Source: an uncultured Candidatus Peribacteria bacterium
Lineage (GTDB): Bacteria > Patescibacteriota > Gracilibacteria > UBA4473
DNA: 64,000 nt
Reading direction: 5' to 3'
Assembly: GCA_964343715.1 (NCBI GenBank)
Contig: CAYFJZ010000005.1
Location: forward strand, 8,220 to 72,219
Position 1 is the first letter of the stretch; each line of letters opens with the position of its first letter. The position numbers were made by a program, and so were the translations under genes. Under the pieces are notes generated by a model that worked only from the letters and a program-made list of their open reading frames with translations, was not told the DNA's origin and searched no databases. Below, piece by piece: positions 1 through 9,781 of this stretch.

Positions 1-57
1 AAAACCAGTTAAAAACGCCCTCATTGTACTTTCCACCCCCAAAGGAGCAAGGTTCAT
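1..57 (-). CDS. N-terminus of an unidentified gene running off the left edge (partial)
   Basis: ATG at 55-57 on the minus strand opens MNLAPLGVESTMRAFLTGF... to the window edge. It lies 50 nt downstream of the proB stop. Too short to identify. Confidence 0.25.
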   Translation of the reverse strand, partial: MNLAPLGVESTMRAFLTGF

Positions 58-106
58 GTCAAAATGGAAAATAATCAATATTCGTCATTCGGGATGAAAA
101 ACTATT

Positions 107-1186
107 TTATTTTTTTCTTTCTCCCGAAGAACGAATCAAACATTGATGTTCATCAATCAGCACTAGGTCATTCGCTCTTACCAGCGTGACACCTTTATTT
201 CCTTTTTGTTCTCGTGCCTTATCAATCCCCATTTCCGTACGACCAATCCCCACCAAACAAGGGTTGTCGACTTCAAAAATCTCAACCAAATCTCCTGTTT
301 CAAAAGCCCCCTCACAAGACTGAACCCCCACCAACAACAAACTATTCCTGGATTTCAAAGCTTTTTTGGCCCCCCCATCCACATACACTCGCCCCTTCAG
401 GTTCCCCCCCAAACCAATCCAGCGCTGTCGAGCGTTGAGCGCACAGGTTTTGGGAGAACAAAAAGTCCCGGTCTTTTTTTCGTGCGCCTTCAATATCCCC
501 CCCTTCTGACAAATATCAAAAATCACCACTTCGGTCCCCATTCCCGCCGCCTTCGCCGCACACTCAATTTTAGATTTCATCCCGCCTCTTCCTCCTCGGC
601 TGGTTTCCGAGGAAACATGAGCCAAATCCTCAAAAGAGTCGAGCTCTCGTTGAACGATCCCATCTTTCATCACCCCCTCTACATTCGTTCCCAAAAGGAG
701 CTGGTGCGCCGAAAATCCCATCGCAATCATGGCCGCCAATTCATCATTGTCGCTAAATCGAATCTCGGCATCACTCACCACATCATTTTCATTAACCACA
801 ATCACCACGCCCGACTTCCACAAAGTCGTAAAGGTTTCACACAACTGCAAAAAAAGACCGCGATCGGAAAAATGACGACGCTCACAAAGCGCCTGCGCCA
901 CCGGTCGCTGATCGAATCGATCAAAAGCTTCACGATAAGCCTCAAGTAGTAACGGATTCCCCAAAGCCGCCGCGGCTTTTTGATCGGAAACCGTTCCCGA
1001 ATAGGGTTTAAGCAAATGTCTTCCACACCCTACCGCCCCCGAAGACACCAACAAAACATGAAAATTCTTTTGCAGCACCACCACCTGTCGCACAATCTCA
1101 TCCAAAACCACTCCGTCCAAATCCCCTTCTGTGGTGGTAATGGCCTTGGTCCCAATCTTTACAACAATTAATGGCTTGTGGTTCAT
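107..1186 (-). CDS. proB: glutamate 5-kinase with C-terminal PUA domain
   Basis: 359-aa ORF with ATG at 1184-1186 and a TAA stop. Amino-acid-kinase signatures are IVVKIGTKAIT, VLLVSSGAVGCG and SDNDELAAMIA. A PUA-like C-terminus is present (GRVYVDGGAKKAL...GDLVEI). Confidence 0.85.
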   Translation of the reverse strand: MNHKPLIVVKIGTKAITTTEGDLDGVVLDEIVRQVVVLQKNFHVLLVSSGAVGCGRHLLKPYSGTVSDQKAAAALGNPLLLEAYREAFDRFDQRPVAQALCERRHFSDRGLFLQLCETFTTLWKSGVVIVVNENDVVSDAEIRFSDNDELAAMIAMGFSAHQLLLGTNVEGVMKDGIVQRELDSFEDLAHVSSETSRGGRGGMKSKIECAAKAAGMGTEVVIFDICQKGGILKAHEKKTGTFCSPKTCALNARQRWIGLGGNLKGRVYVDGGAKKALKSRNSLLLVGVQSCEGAFETGDLVEIFEVDNPCLVGIGRTEMGIDKAREQKGNKGVTLVRANDLVLIDEHQCLIRSSGERKK

Positions 1187-1209
1187 GTGATATCAATTTG
1201 ATTATTTTT

Positions 1210-1262
1210 GTAGGGGCAAACACACGGGTTTGCCCCTACAAATATTGTTAATTATTTATTAT
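1210..1262. repeat. GTAG-type palindromic (REP-like) element, copy 1 of 2
   Basis: gtaggggcaaac-acacgg-gtttgcccctac forms a perfect 12-bp stem, followed by aaatattgtta.... A degenerate second copy lies at 50851-50905. Confidence 0.6.
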
Positions 1263-1276
1263 TAACTGATAATTGG

Positions 1277-2293
1277 TTAATATCCTCGCTTCCATCGTCT
1301 GTATTTTTCTACCCCCCAACTCAGCCAATACTTCCCCGTCAGCGGAAAATCCTGACAGTGGATAAAATTTCGTTCTTCCCCTCCAAAACCTCTCTTAAAT
1401 CGAGAAAGCCCCCACCAGGGATGTTTTTTTTGCTCCACATCACACACACCCCAAAAATTAAACTCTCGACACCCTCGACTTTTTCCTTCTTTGATAGCTT
1501 CCCAAAGGGTCGCATGAGCCACTGGGAGTTTTGAGTATCGCGACGCCCCCTGATGATAATACCCCGCCCGATCATCAAACAAGATCACTGAACTACTCAT
1601 GGGCTTTCCTTCTACAAAAGCCGTAAAGATCTGACAATCATCGCCATAAACCTTCAATTCCTTCTCGGTAGATTCCCGAGAAAAAGGCACAAACCCCTGC
1701 CGCGCCACTGTTTCTTCGTGCAATTCCCAAAAACAATCCAAATCTTTCTTCCCATTCCCCATCTTTACCTCAATCCCCATTTTTTCAATCCGACGCACCT
1801 CATAACGCGTAGACTTTTTCATCTGTTTGAGGAGATCTTCTTCCGATGGCGTGATATCCAAGACCCAGGTCTTTTCGGGATTTACTAAATGCACTGGCGC
1901 TGATCTAAATTTTTGTTCAGAAAAGACAAAATCCTCCTTCTCTCCCCACAAAGGAGCCATCCGAACAAAATCCGCACCAACTTCTTTTCCCAAATCTATA
2001 TACGATTCCAAAAAAAACACGGCCAATTGGTTCCAGTTTTTCTCCCCAATTGTCCCGACCAATAATGGCCCATGTGGCACATGCAAATAAGTCCCCCGCC
2101 GAGCCTCTATTTTCTGAATCAACCCCACCCCGATCAAACGATCTCCGTCAAATATCCCCTTCAAAAAAATCCCCTCTCCCATTTCTTTTCGAAACGAACC
2201 GTACTTTACCCCCTGCAAAAAAGTCCGTTCCCCCTCATAAGACCGCACAAAATCATCAAACACCTCCGACCCAATAGTTTCAAATCGCATCAT
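1277..2293 (-). CDS. FemAB-family peptidoglycan interpeptide-bridge aminoacyltransferase
   Basis: The ORF resembles FemX/FemAB (FLQGVKYGSFRKEMG near the N-terminus; YHQGASRY...AHATLWEAIKEGKSRGCREFNFWGV...RFKRGFGG at the C-terminus). I prefer the ATG at 2293 (MMRFETI) over the TTG at 2335. Confidence 0.7.
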   Translation of the reverse strand: MMRFETIGSEVFDDFVRSYEGERTFLQGVKYGSFRKEMGEGIFLKGIFDGDRLIGVGLIQKIEARRGTYLHVPHGPLLVGTIGEKNWNQLAVFFLESYIDLGKEVGADFVRMAPLWGEKEDFVFSEQKFRSAPVHLVNPEKTWVLDITPSEEDLLKQMKKSTRYEVRRIEKMGIEVKMGNGKKDLDCFWELHEETVARQGFVPFSRESTEKELKVYGDDCQIFTAFVEGKPMSSSVILFDDRAGYYHQGASRYSKLPVAHATLWEAIKEGKSRGCREFNFWGVCDVEQKKHPWWGLSRFKRGFGGEERNFIHCQDFPLTGKYWLSWGVEKYRRWKRGY

Positions 2294-2379
2294 CGACGCG
2301 TATTCTAACGACCTTCCCCTCAAAACAAAATCCAAACCCCAAGAACGGTGGACCGTCTCTTCTGAATCACCACTGATAA

Positions 2380-4032
2380 CTACGCATCAATTCGTTCCAA
2401 AACCTGAGTCTGTTTTTTGCCAATCTTTCCATACTGAACCGTCAGCTTAAACTGCTTGTCATCCGGAATGATCGTAATTGTAGCTTTCTGCCCTTCAATT
2501 ACTCCAACAAAGGTCACCGTTTTCCCCGGCTTCTGCAGCCTTTTTTTCGACAGATTAGAAACCGAAAGCACCTTTCGATTTGCCAAATGGAATGTATAAG
2601 TCGATTCTGGTGGGATCCCTCCCTTAATCTTTATCCGTCTTTTCAGCTGTCGAGTCTTGGCTCCAAGTTCTTCAATATTTTGTTGAGACTGATTAAATTC
2701 AACCCCTAGCTTTTTGGAAAATGCATAAAACTTCTGACGCATACCTCCGGTAGAATTCTCTGTAAAAACCTCATCCAGGTCTCCCATCAATTCTTTTTTT
2801 CGCTTCTTATCTAGATCTTTATAGGCATTCCAAACTCGATTGGCTCCAACTTCACTAATCACATCATAATCCACCAATCCTTTTTGCTTTCGACCCACCT
2901 TCGATCGTCCTCCAAACAAAACCTTCTTAAAATGGTTCTTGGTAACAAAATGCCGTTTTCCCTCCTGAGCCTTTCGCACCAATTCTTTCAACCGTCGCTT
3001 TTCATCCTCCGGCATAAATTTTTCCGCCGATGTTCTTTCATTCTCTAAAAGCATCTTTTTCTTTTCGGATCGCTGTTTTATCTTTTCAGCTACTTTTCCT
3101 TTAAGTTTTATTCCAGACATAACCAACCAAAACACTGAATAAGCAAATACCCCCACCTTAATCGTTTGAAAAAGCCCCATATTCTCAATGGGTTTTCGTT
3201 TTGTATACCCCTTTGCCGCCTCATGATCTTTTAGCAATTCCATCGGATCACCTCCTTTTGACAAATAATCATACGATCCAAAAGGATCCCCAAGAGATCC
3301 CAAAAAATTCCAATACCCAACACTTCCTTTTTTAATTCCCGTCCCCACAAAATCAACCGCTTTCTGCATGGTCTCCCGGTCGGAAATCGCCATAAGCACC
3401 GACCCGGTCACCATCCAAATCCAAGACTTATCTTTCAGGGCCGTGGGAGTAATAGGAATCTTTTCATTAATCATCCAGTAAGAAAAACCACCTAAAGCCG
3501 CCCCCGCCAATGATCTTCCAATCAGCTTATCCGAATCAACATTTTTCACCCCATCCACCCCACTTTCATATAATTCATTCATCTTCCCAATAATCCCCTT
3601 ATTATCTTCTAAAACTCCCTGAACCCCAGGGTCTGATGCTACTTTCTCCACCAACTCCTCAGCTTTTTCCTGAGCTAACTGTTCATTTCCCATCTGTTTC
3701 GCTTCTTTCACCTCCTCTACCAAATCATAATTCATTTCAATAGCCCCCTGAGCCTCAATATTAAAAAGCTGAACCACTTCACTCGCTTCTTGTTCAAACT
3801 TCAACAGCTCCAACTCCTCAGCCGTCTTTTTATGAGATTCATGTATCTCCTTATCCTTTAAAACTCCCTTCAACCCCTCTTTCGAATCAGCCAAAACTTC
3901 TCGCCTCTCATTCTGTTGGGCCAAAGCAACCACCTCCTTTCCTTGATTATTCGCGTTCAATTCTACCTTATTCTCATCCCCTCCCCCCGAAGGAGCAGCT
4001 TCATTCCCAGCACCAGATTTTATTTCGGTCAT
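2380..4032 (-). CDS. hypothetical protein (acidic coiled-coil N-half, about 3 TM segments, basic C-half)
   Basis: 550-aa ORF with consistent coding composition and hydrophobic stretches (LAGAALGGFSYWMI, WIWMVTGSVLMAI, VGVFAYSVFWLVMSGI). No motif recognised. Confidence 0.6.
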   Translation of the reverse strand: MTEIKSGAGNEAAPSGGGDENKVELNANNQGKEVVALAQQNERREVLADSKEGLKGVLKDKEIHESHKKTAEELELLKFEQEASEVVQLFNIEAQGAIEMNYDLVEEVKEAKQMGNEQLAQEKAEELVEKVASDPGVQGVLEDNKGIIGKMNELYESGVDGVKNVDSDKLIGRSLAGAALGGFSYWMINEKIPITPTALKDKSWIWMVTGSVLMAISDRETMQKAVDFVGTGIKKGSVGYWNFLGSLGDPFGSYDYLSKGGDPMELLKDHEAAKGYTKRKPIENMGLFQTIKVGVFAYSVFWLVMSGIKLKGKVAEKIKQRSEKKKMLLENERTSAEKFMPEDEKRRLKELVRKAQEGKRHFVTKNHFKKVLFGGRSKVGRKQKGLVDYDVISEVGANRVWNAYKDLDKKRKKELMGDLDEVFTENSTGGMRQKFYAFSKKLGVEFNQSQQNIEELGAKTRQLKRRIKIKGGIPPESTYTFHLANRKVLSVSNLSKKRLQKPGKTVTFVGVIEGQKATITIIPDDKQFKLTVQYGKIGKKQTQVLERIDA

Positions 4033-4072
4033 TACTGATCAATATTCATACAAAGATATTACCTACCCCATA

Positions 4073-4101
4073 ATTCATGATTCATAATTCATAATTCAAT
4101 T
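4073..4101. repeat. degenerate heptamer tandem array (ATTCATG/ATTCATA x4)
   Basis: attcatg attcata attcata attcaat, lying between the stop of 4116-4625 and the start of 2380-4032. Confidence 0.7.
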
Positions 4102-4115
4102 AAAACGACATTCCC

Positions 4116-4625
4116 CTAAAGCTTCAACGCTCTAATCCACAAATCCACCACCCCTTCCTTGTGATCCATCAACTCTTCCAGTCCCACCTGAGCAAAAACC
4201 TCTCGCAGCTGATCGGGGGTACAGTGTCCCATCTGAAGCGGAATTTTTTGATCGCCAGATTTGTCCAGCTGAAGATTGATCACACTTACCTGCTGCATTT
4301 CATCCCACACAAACCAGTACCCAGTAAACTGTTCCCACAGCATAAAGGTCTGATCAATCTGGATGCCTTTGGAATACACTACAATGTGGTGGGTGTCGGG
4401 CCCATGTCGATGAATGTAAAAGTACAGAGCCGCGACCAAAAAGAAGAGAGTCGCAACCACCCATTCCCCATTCCACAACGACCAAGCCGCTCCCCCAAAA
4501 ACAACCAGGCAACACATCACCATCCACAGCCACCCCCGCTGATGAGGATGATAATCATGGGCTTCCCAGGTAAAAATCCCGTTTCCGGGATTAAATCGAT
4601 TTTGTGATTCAGACTTTTGGTCCAT
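4116..4625 (-). CDS. hypothetical membrane protein (two TM helices plus small C-terminal domain)
   Basis: 169-aa ORF with ATG at 4623-4625. TM helices are WLWMVMCCLVVFGGAAWSLW and WVVATLFFLVAALYFYI. Confidence 0.6.
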   Translation of the reverse strand: MDQKSESQNRFNPGNGIFTWEAHDYHPHQRGWLWMVMCCLVVFGGAAWSLWNGEWVVATLFFLVAALYFYIHRHGPDTHHIVVYSKGIQIDQTFMLWEQFTGYWFVWDEMQQVSVINLQLDKSGDQKIPLQMGHCTPDQLREVFAQVGLEELMDHKEGVVDLWIRALKL

Positions 4626-4708
4626 TTTTACATATTAAATCTCTTGATTGTATCATATTTTTGTACAAAAAACAACCCCCATCAGGCTTACCATATCAAC
4701 GTCTAAAT

Positions 4709-4732
4709 GGACGCAAGATTTTGCGTCCCTAC
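4709..4732 (-). repeat. REP-like GTAG hairpin (GTAG-GGACGCAA...TTGCGTCC)
   Basis: The plus strand reads ggacgcaagattttgcgtcc-ctac; read on the minus strand this is GTAG followed by a palindrome. The same element occurs at 34641-34663 and 36852-36876, all in the same orientation. Confidence 0.6.
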
Positions 4733-4749
4733 GGAAAAAATATCCGCAT

Positions 4750-5319
4750 TTACCCCCGACTCAAAAAATACCGCACCAACCCCTCACTATTCATTCCCTC
4801 ATCCTTGACCGGATCCAACACCTTTCGAATCTGATCTGGCGCATAACCAAGCCCCTCAATGGCTTCTACCGCCTCCTCATAATCCGGATTTTTGGGGCCG
4901 GAAGCCGCATCAATCGCCGAAAGATCAATCTTTCCCCGCAACTCAACGATTAACCGTTCTGCCTTTTTCTTTCCCAACCCCGGAATCTGGGTCAAAAAAG
5001 CCACATCGCCTTCTTCTACCGCCTTCAAAAATGCATCCACCGGCACACTAACCATCGCCAAGCCCATTTTGGGGCCCACCCCCGAAATACCGATCAATTT
5101 CTGAAACAAAATCTTCTCTTCCTTCCCTCCAAAACCGTACAGAGAAATATCATTTTCCCGCACAATCATAAGCACTTCGGCTTCTATCACCTCGCCCTGT
5201 TTTACGCTTGCCAAAAGGCTTCCAGCCGGAATAACACTATACCCCACTCCTCCCGAAGTCATCACCAATATCTCTTTTTCCGAAAAATGCTGCACCGTGC
5301 CCTGAAGGTATCCAATCAT
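4750..5319 (-). CDS. ruvA: Holliday junction branch-migration complex subunit RuvA
   Basis: MIGYLQGTV...GGVGYSV N-terminal OB domain, HhH region (LIGISGVGPKMGLAM, IPGLGKKKAERL) and a C-terminal domain III-like tail. ATG at 5317-5319. Confidence 0.85.
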   Translation of the reverse strand: MIGYLQGTVQHFSEKEILVMTSGGVGYSVIPAGSLLASVKQGEVIEAEVLMIVRENDISLYGFGGKEEKILFQKLIGISGVGPKMGLAMVSVPVDAFLKAVEEGDVAFLTQIPGLGKKKAERLIVELRGKIDLSAIDAASGPKNPDYEEAVEAIEGLGYAPDQIRKVLDPVKDEGMNSEGLVRYFLSRG

Positions 5320-5364
5320 AAGCACATACTATCATATTTCCCCAAATTGGTACGGAAATAATTA

Positions 5365-7353
5365 TTAAGAAGAAGGGAAAAGGCGATCATACACCCTTTT
5401 CAAATCATTTACATTGCGCACACCGTTCATCTGGGTCATCAATTTAGAATAAAACCTTACTTTGTTGGCCACCATCCTATCCAGTTCATCATCTCCCTCA
5501 TATTGAGGATTATAACGCTTCAAATAAGCCTCCCTTTGGGCCATCAACTCAAAATAGGCTTTATTATCAATGATTATATTCATCAAACCTTTTAAGTTTT
5601 CAGGATTTTCAATCTTGAGCTCAAAATAATGACGCAAAACCTCAAAATCCACTGCTTCCAAAAAACATCTTGATCCTTTTTCCACACAAGTTCTTAATCG
5701 TACAAGAATCCGATTTAGAACCGGTTTTTTGGATAGTTCAAAAGCTTCATTTTCCTCATTGATCACCTCAAAAATTTTTGCAATTACCTGAGAATTACAA
5801 TACCCAAAAGCATAACAATATTGATACAAATCTAACAAATAAGATTCTTCATAACCATGACCCCACTCAGAAACCGACACATCAAAAATCTTTTCTTCTC
5901 TCCATTCGAGCATAATATCTACAGGAACAAAATATCCCTTATGCGCCCGGGCCAAATCAGTCCCCAACAAAGGCACCAAATAGGCCGCATCCGCTTCTAC
6001 TTTTGAAGATATAGCCTTAAAACGAGCCATTTCCTTCAGCTTCGCTTCATGAACAGAAGCCGGTGAATTCGGTGATAAGATGTAAGAAATTCGATTTTCT
6101 CCCGCCCCCCCTCGTTCATAATAAGCCTTCAAATACCACTCCATTCCCTGCCCCATCAAATCAAGATCTTCCTGAGACAATATTCTCTTTCCCTCGCCCT
6201 TCTTCCCCACCATATCATTATCCTTTTTCTTATTTACAACATCTCGTCCCCAAGTAAGTCGAGGTCTTGGCAATCCCAGCAACCAATCCAAATACAATTC
6301 CTTTTCGGGCAAAGCCAAATTTTCAATATCCCCAAAGAGAGTCACTGATTCATAATTTCCAGCAATTCCATCTGCCTCCAAAACCTGCATCAAACGCTCC
6401 CAATAGGCCTTTTTTTTCGTCGGATTAGGTCCCGTATTCGCCAAACGAGGGACTTTTTTGCCCCCAAATCGCTCCTGGTAATAAGCCACTTTTGCCCGGA
6501 CTTCTGCAATCACAAATTCCAAAGGAACCGCTTTTGGTCTCAGAGGATCAGTAGTACAAAAATCACACCCTCTTCCACATTTTGGAGACACCGAAAAGTG
6601 AAGATTCCAGCTATCGGGGTCAATACCGGTACTAAAAGTAGCCACAACAGGAATTTCCCTCCCTACATGCAAATCTTTCGCTACTACCGAATCCTGAGAA
6701 GGAAAAATCACATTCTCAGGAGGGTTCGAGGCTCGAAATCGTCCGACTTCATCACGAAATGTCGTTTCTTTCCCCTGCGCCAAAGATACCATATAATCCA
6801 CCGCCTCATCTCCCCCCCCCAAACCAATCACATCAACCATCCCTTTCTGAAAAACCCGGTTAACCGCTCCCTCATCGGGTCTTCGAAAAAGAGAACCTCC
6901 CACCCAAGTCACCACCCAAGGAGACTTAGCACGAGCATACTCAATCAGGGGATAAGTAATAATATGATCAATCTTATGTCCCCAGAGCGTAAATCCTAAA
7001 AACAAAAATCTTCTTGCCTGATCCGCTTGTTCAACCGCTTCATCAATACAACGCCTATACAAATCCAATATATTTTCTTCCTCTGTGGAAAGCTGAACCA
7101 AAGAATCAATCCCCTTAAGAGTTCTACTAGGGTCAAGGGTTCGAACTCTTTCATTCAAAAGGTTTGAAACCAGATCAGAAGAAAAACCAAATTTTTGCCC
7201 ATTTTTATCGGTAAATCGATAAGAGAAGTCAAAAAAATGAATCAACCCTTCTCTCCGAGAATGATCAAAAAGCTCAACAACTCTATCAGTAATTCGCTCC
7301 ATCAAAAAAACGAATACCAAAACAACCAAATATGTCAACACACCCTCTTCCAA
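5365..7353 (-). CDS. large radical SAM domain protein of unknown function
   Basis: 662-aa ORF with a CxxxCxxC cluster (CGRGCDFC). It has an N-terminal hydrophobic segment and a Rossmann-like stretch (VIGLGGGDEAVDYMVSL) that may be B12-binding-like. Substrate unknown. Confidence 0.6.
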   Translation of the reverse strand: MEEGVLTYLVVLVFVFLMERITDRVVELFDHSRREGLIHFFDFSYRFTDKNGQKFGFSSDLVSNLLNERVRTLDPSRTLKGIDSLVQLSTEEENILDLYRRCIDEAVEQADQARRFLFLGFTLWGHKIDHIITYPLIEYARAKSPWVVTWVGGSLFRRPDEGAVNRVFQKGMVDVIGLGGGDEAVDYMVSLAQGKETTFRDEVGRFRASNPPENVIFPSQDSVVAKDLHVGREIPVVATFSTGIDPDSWNLHFSVSPKCGRGCDFCTTDPLRPKAVPLEFVIAEVRAKVAYYQERFGGKKVPRLANTGPNPTKKKAYWERLMQVLEADGIAGNYESVTLFGDIENLALPEKELYLDWLLGLPRPRLTWGRDVVNKKKDNDMVGKKGEGKRILSQEDLDLMGQGMEWYLKAYYERGGAGENRISYILSPNSPASVHEAKLKEMARFKAISSKVEADAAYLVPLLGTDLARAHKGYFVPVDIMLEWREEKIFDVSVSEWGHGYEESYLLDLYQYCYAFGYCNSQVIAKIFEVINEENEAFELSKKPVLNRILVRLRTCVEKGSRCFLEAVDFEVLRHYFELKIENPENLKGLMNIIIDNKAYFELMAQREAYLKRYNPQYEGDDELDRMVANKVRFYSKLMTQMNGVRNVNDLKRVYDRLFPSS

Positions 7354-7395
7354 ATATCTACTTTTTACCCCCTACTAGCTCCGAAAATCTGTTAT

Positions 7396-9597
7396 CTACT
7401 CTCGTACCGTATTCACCGTCAACGTACTAATACGACTATAAAAATTTTTCGTCGCATACATTTTGATCTTAATCAGCATCACATCCCCTCGTTCCCATTC
7501 GGTCGTCGGATCCAGGGTAAAATCATCTACCTGCCACATATTTGATTGAAGTCCAAGTCCCGTTCCCAAAAGCTGATCTACTCCCGTTACGCCTCCTTTT
7601 TCGACTGTAATATCCAATTTGGCATCGGTATCTACCCCATCAGACTGGTACATCAACGAAATCGCCGGATCCTGAAAACTCATAAAATCTTGCCCCACAA
7701 TATAGCGCTTGATCACATCATAGCTCTGAATATCGGTCTTCCAGGTCTCCCATCGCACCACATTCTGCTCTACACCCCAATAGTCCTCAATTTCTTCATA
7801 CATGTTTCCCACATTGTCTGTCCCATCAGCTTCAAAAATCGAATTAGGATAAATAGGACTAAAAATCTCAGAATTAGGACGATTTCCAATCGCCACTCCA
7901 TTAATCGTCCCCACCAACGTTCCTGAAACCGTCAAATCTCCTTCTATGTCCAGAGCATCATTCAGAGTAAAACGATCCAAGGCCCCATCCCACGAAAGCA
8001 CCTTCCCCAAGACTCGCCCAAAGATCAAAGACAACACATCCGAATCCGTAGCCTCCCCCGCAGAATCCAATACAAATTCCGTCTGGTCCGTTCCTCCAGG
8101 AATAACCGTTTCTGGGAGGGTTCCTTCTGGATCTCGTACATAAGGAATTTGTCCGATTTCAAATCCCGTATCCATATGATCCAAACGATCAGAATCAAAA
8201 GCATAAGGGACAGGTCGGAACGTAATACGATCAACTTCATCACTGTTAAAATCAGAGTCCAACATCTGAAAATCAGTCAACGGAGATCCAATTCGTCGAA
8301 CTTCAACCTGCATATAAACAATCCCGGTCTCAAAAATCCGAGGATCAAGCCCTCCTCCAGAACCAATCAACAAAGAAAAATCTCCTCTTTCGTCCAAAAC
8401 CGTACTCTGAGTTTCATTCCATCCTAAGTAAGCCGTACTATATTCATTTAGCTGTCCATCAGGCATTAAGTCTGAAAAATCGAAATCCGCCGAATTCCAA
8501 AAGCTAAAACGAAAGATAAATCCTCCCGTCTCAGGTTCGCCCGCATCATTCATGAGAGTCCCCTCATAAATTAATTCATTGGTCATAGTATCAGCCGCCT
8601 GAGCTGTTCCTCCCATAAGAGGGAGCATCAACAATACAAAAGCCGAAAACCAGTGTTTAGCTCCTCTAATTTTTCGATTGATCCAATCTAGAGCCGAACG
8701 AAAAGAAGCAAAATTAAGCCCTATAAAGTAGAGCTGGGCACCAACCACAACCAAAAGCAGCCACAAAGAAGCTCTAATTTTTCCTGAAGTATCAGAAAGG
8801 GTGGCCATCATATGTACTTTTTCTTTTATTTTTCCATCCACAGTACTACAGAGTCCCAGTATCGTTCCCTCTGCATCACTTCCCAACGCCACATTAACCC
8901 CCTGTGAAAAGTCATCGTATGTACTGTATCCAGCAATTATTTTCCCTAATTCACGTAGTTTTTCAAGGAATTCATGATGCTGATTTTGCAGATCTTTGTA
9001 TTCGGCAAGCTTTCTCGCAGAACCATGCATAGTCGCCTCAAGTACATTTTCATATTCATCACTAAATTCGCTGGTCCTATAAATCAATTCATTGTTTACC
9101 ACCGTATATCGTTTGTCATCCTCCAAAGCCTCAATACTACTCCCACTTCCTGCAGAAGATTGTGGAGCTTCTACAACCTTATATCGATAAAAACCATCGG
9201 GAACAGTCGACTCAAAAGGGTATACCGGGGGGGTATAAACTGTTTTCGGAGCACTTGGATAGTATCCACCCCCTCCAGTGCCACTTCCCCCACCTTCGGT
9301 TCCACCGCCACCCCCTTCAGTGCCACCTCCCCCTCCTCCGGTTCCACCACCACCCCCTTCAGTGCCGCCTCCCCCTCCTCCGGTTCCACCGCCACCCCCT
9401 CCAGTAGTGCTAACCACATACTCATCAAGCGAAGTATGATGATGCACTTTTGAAATCAATCGAAAATTCTCAGAGATCGAAATCTTCTGATCTCCTCCAT
9501 AAACTCGAGTCCGAGCTTTGACCATGTACGCCTCCACCGATGTGAAGATCACACCCGTGACAATGCATACAATTCCAATGATTTTTCGAGCCATCAA
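7396..9597 (-). CDS. membrane-anchored/secreted surface protein with Gly-rich repeat; member of the local surface-protein family
   Basis: 733-aa ORF with an N-terminal TM/signal (IIGIVCIVTGVIFTSVEA). It shares the L.FG...L.WD...RF.LN module and a C-terminal domain (YPNSIFEADGTDNVGN...) with 11496-12947 and 13678-15129. Confidence 0.65.
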   Translation of the reverse strand: MMARKIIGIVCIVTGVIFTSVEAYMVKARTRVYGGDQKISISENFRLISKVHHHTSLDEYVVSTTGGGGGGTGGGGGGTEGGGGGTGGGGGGTEGGGGGTEGGGSGTGGGGYYPSAPKTVYTPPVYPFESTVPDGFYRYKVVEAPQSSAGSGSSIEALEDDKRYTVVNNELIYRTSEFSDEYENVLEATMHGSARKLAEYKDLQNQHHEFLEKLRELGKIIAGYSTYDDFSQGVNVALGSDAEGTILGLCSTVDGKIKEKVHMMATLSDTSGKIRASLWLLLVVVGAQLYFIGLNFASFRSALDWINRKIRGAKHWFSAFVLLMLPLMGGTAQAADTMTNELIYEGTLMNDAGEPETGGFIFRFSFWNSADFDFSDLMPDGQLNEYSTAYLGWNETQSTVLDERGDFSLLIGSGGGLDPRIFETGIVYMQVEVRRIGSPLTDFQMLDSDFNSDEVDRITFRPVPYAFDSDRLDHMDTGFEIGQIPYVRDPEGTLPETVIPGGTDQTEFVLDSAGEATDSDVLSLIFGRVLGKVLSWDGALDRFTLNDALDIEGDLTVSGTLVGTINGVAIGNRPNSEIFSPIYPNSIFEADGTDNVGNMYEEIEDYWGVEQNVVRWETWKTDIQSYDVIKRYIVGQDFMSFQDPAISLMYQSDGVDTDAKLDITVEKGGVTGVDQLLGTGLGLQSNMWQVDDFTLDPTTEWERGDVMLIKIKMYATKNFYSRISTLTVNTVRE
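9259..9408 (-). repeat. in-frame Gly-rich tandem repeat (GGGGGT/GGGGGGTE units)
   Basis: Encodes TTGGGGGGTGGGGGGTEGGGGGTGGGGGGTEGGGGGTEGGGSGTGGGG inside 7396-9597. Confidence 0.8.
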
Positions 9598-9781
9598 GTG
9601 ATTTTATCACACCCGAATCAAAAAATCAAATAAAATACTTTGATAGAAAGAGATATCTCAAATTAAGAACTATTACTTTATACAATAAACGATCAATTTC
9701 AGCATTTTAATCGTGTTCAAATATATTGCACGTGTTCTAATTTTGACTACATTTAAACAGAATTATTTTCGGAACAAAAGC

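Noticed and set aside
9259-9408. CRISPR array or other non-coding tandem array (also 32620-32829, 56533-56676 and 10840-11160)
   Set aside because: All the periodic tracts are in frame inside long ORFs and have no unique spacers. I found no repeat-spacer structure anywhere in the window.
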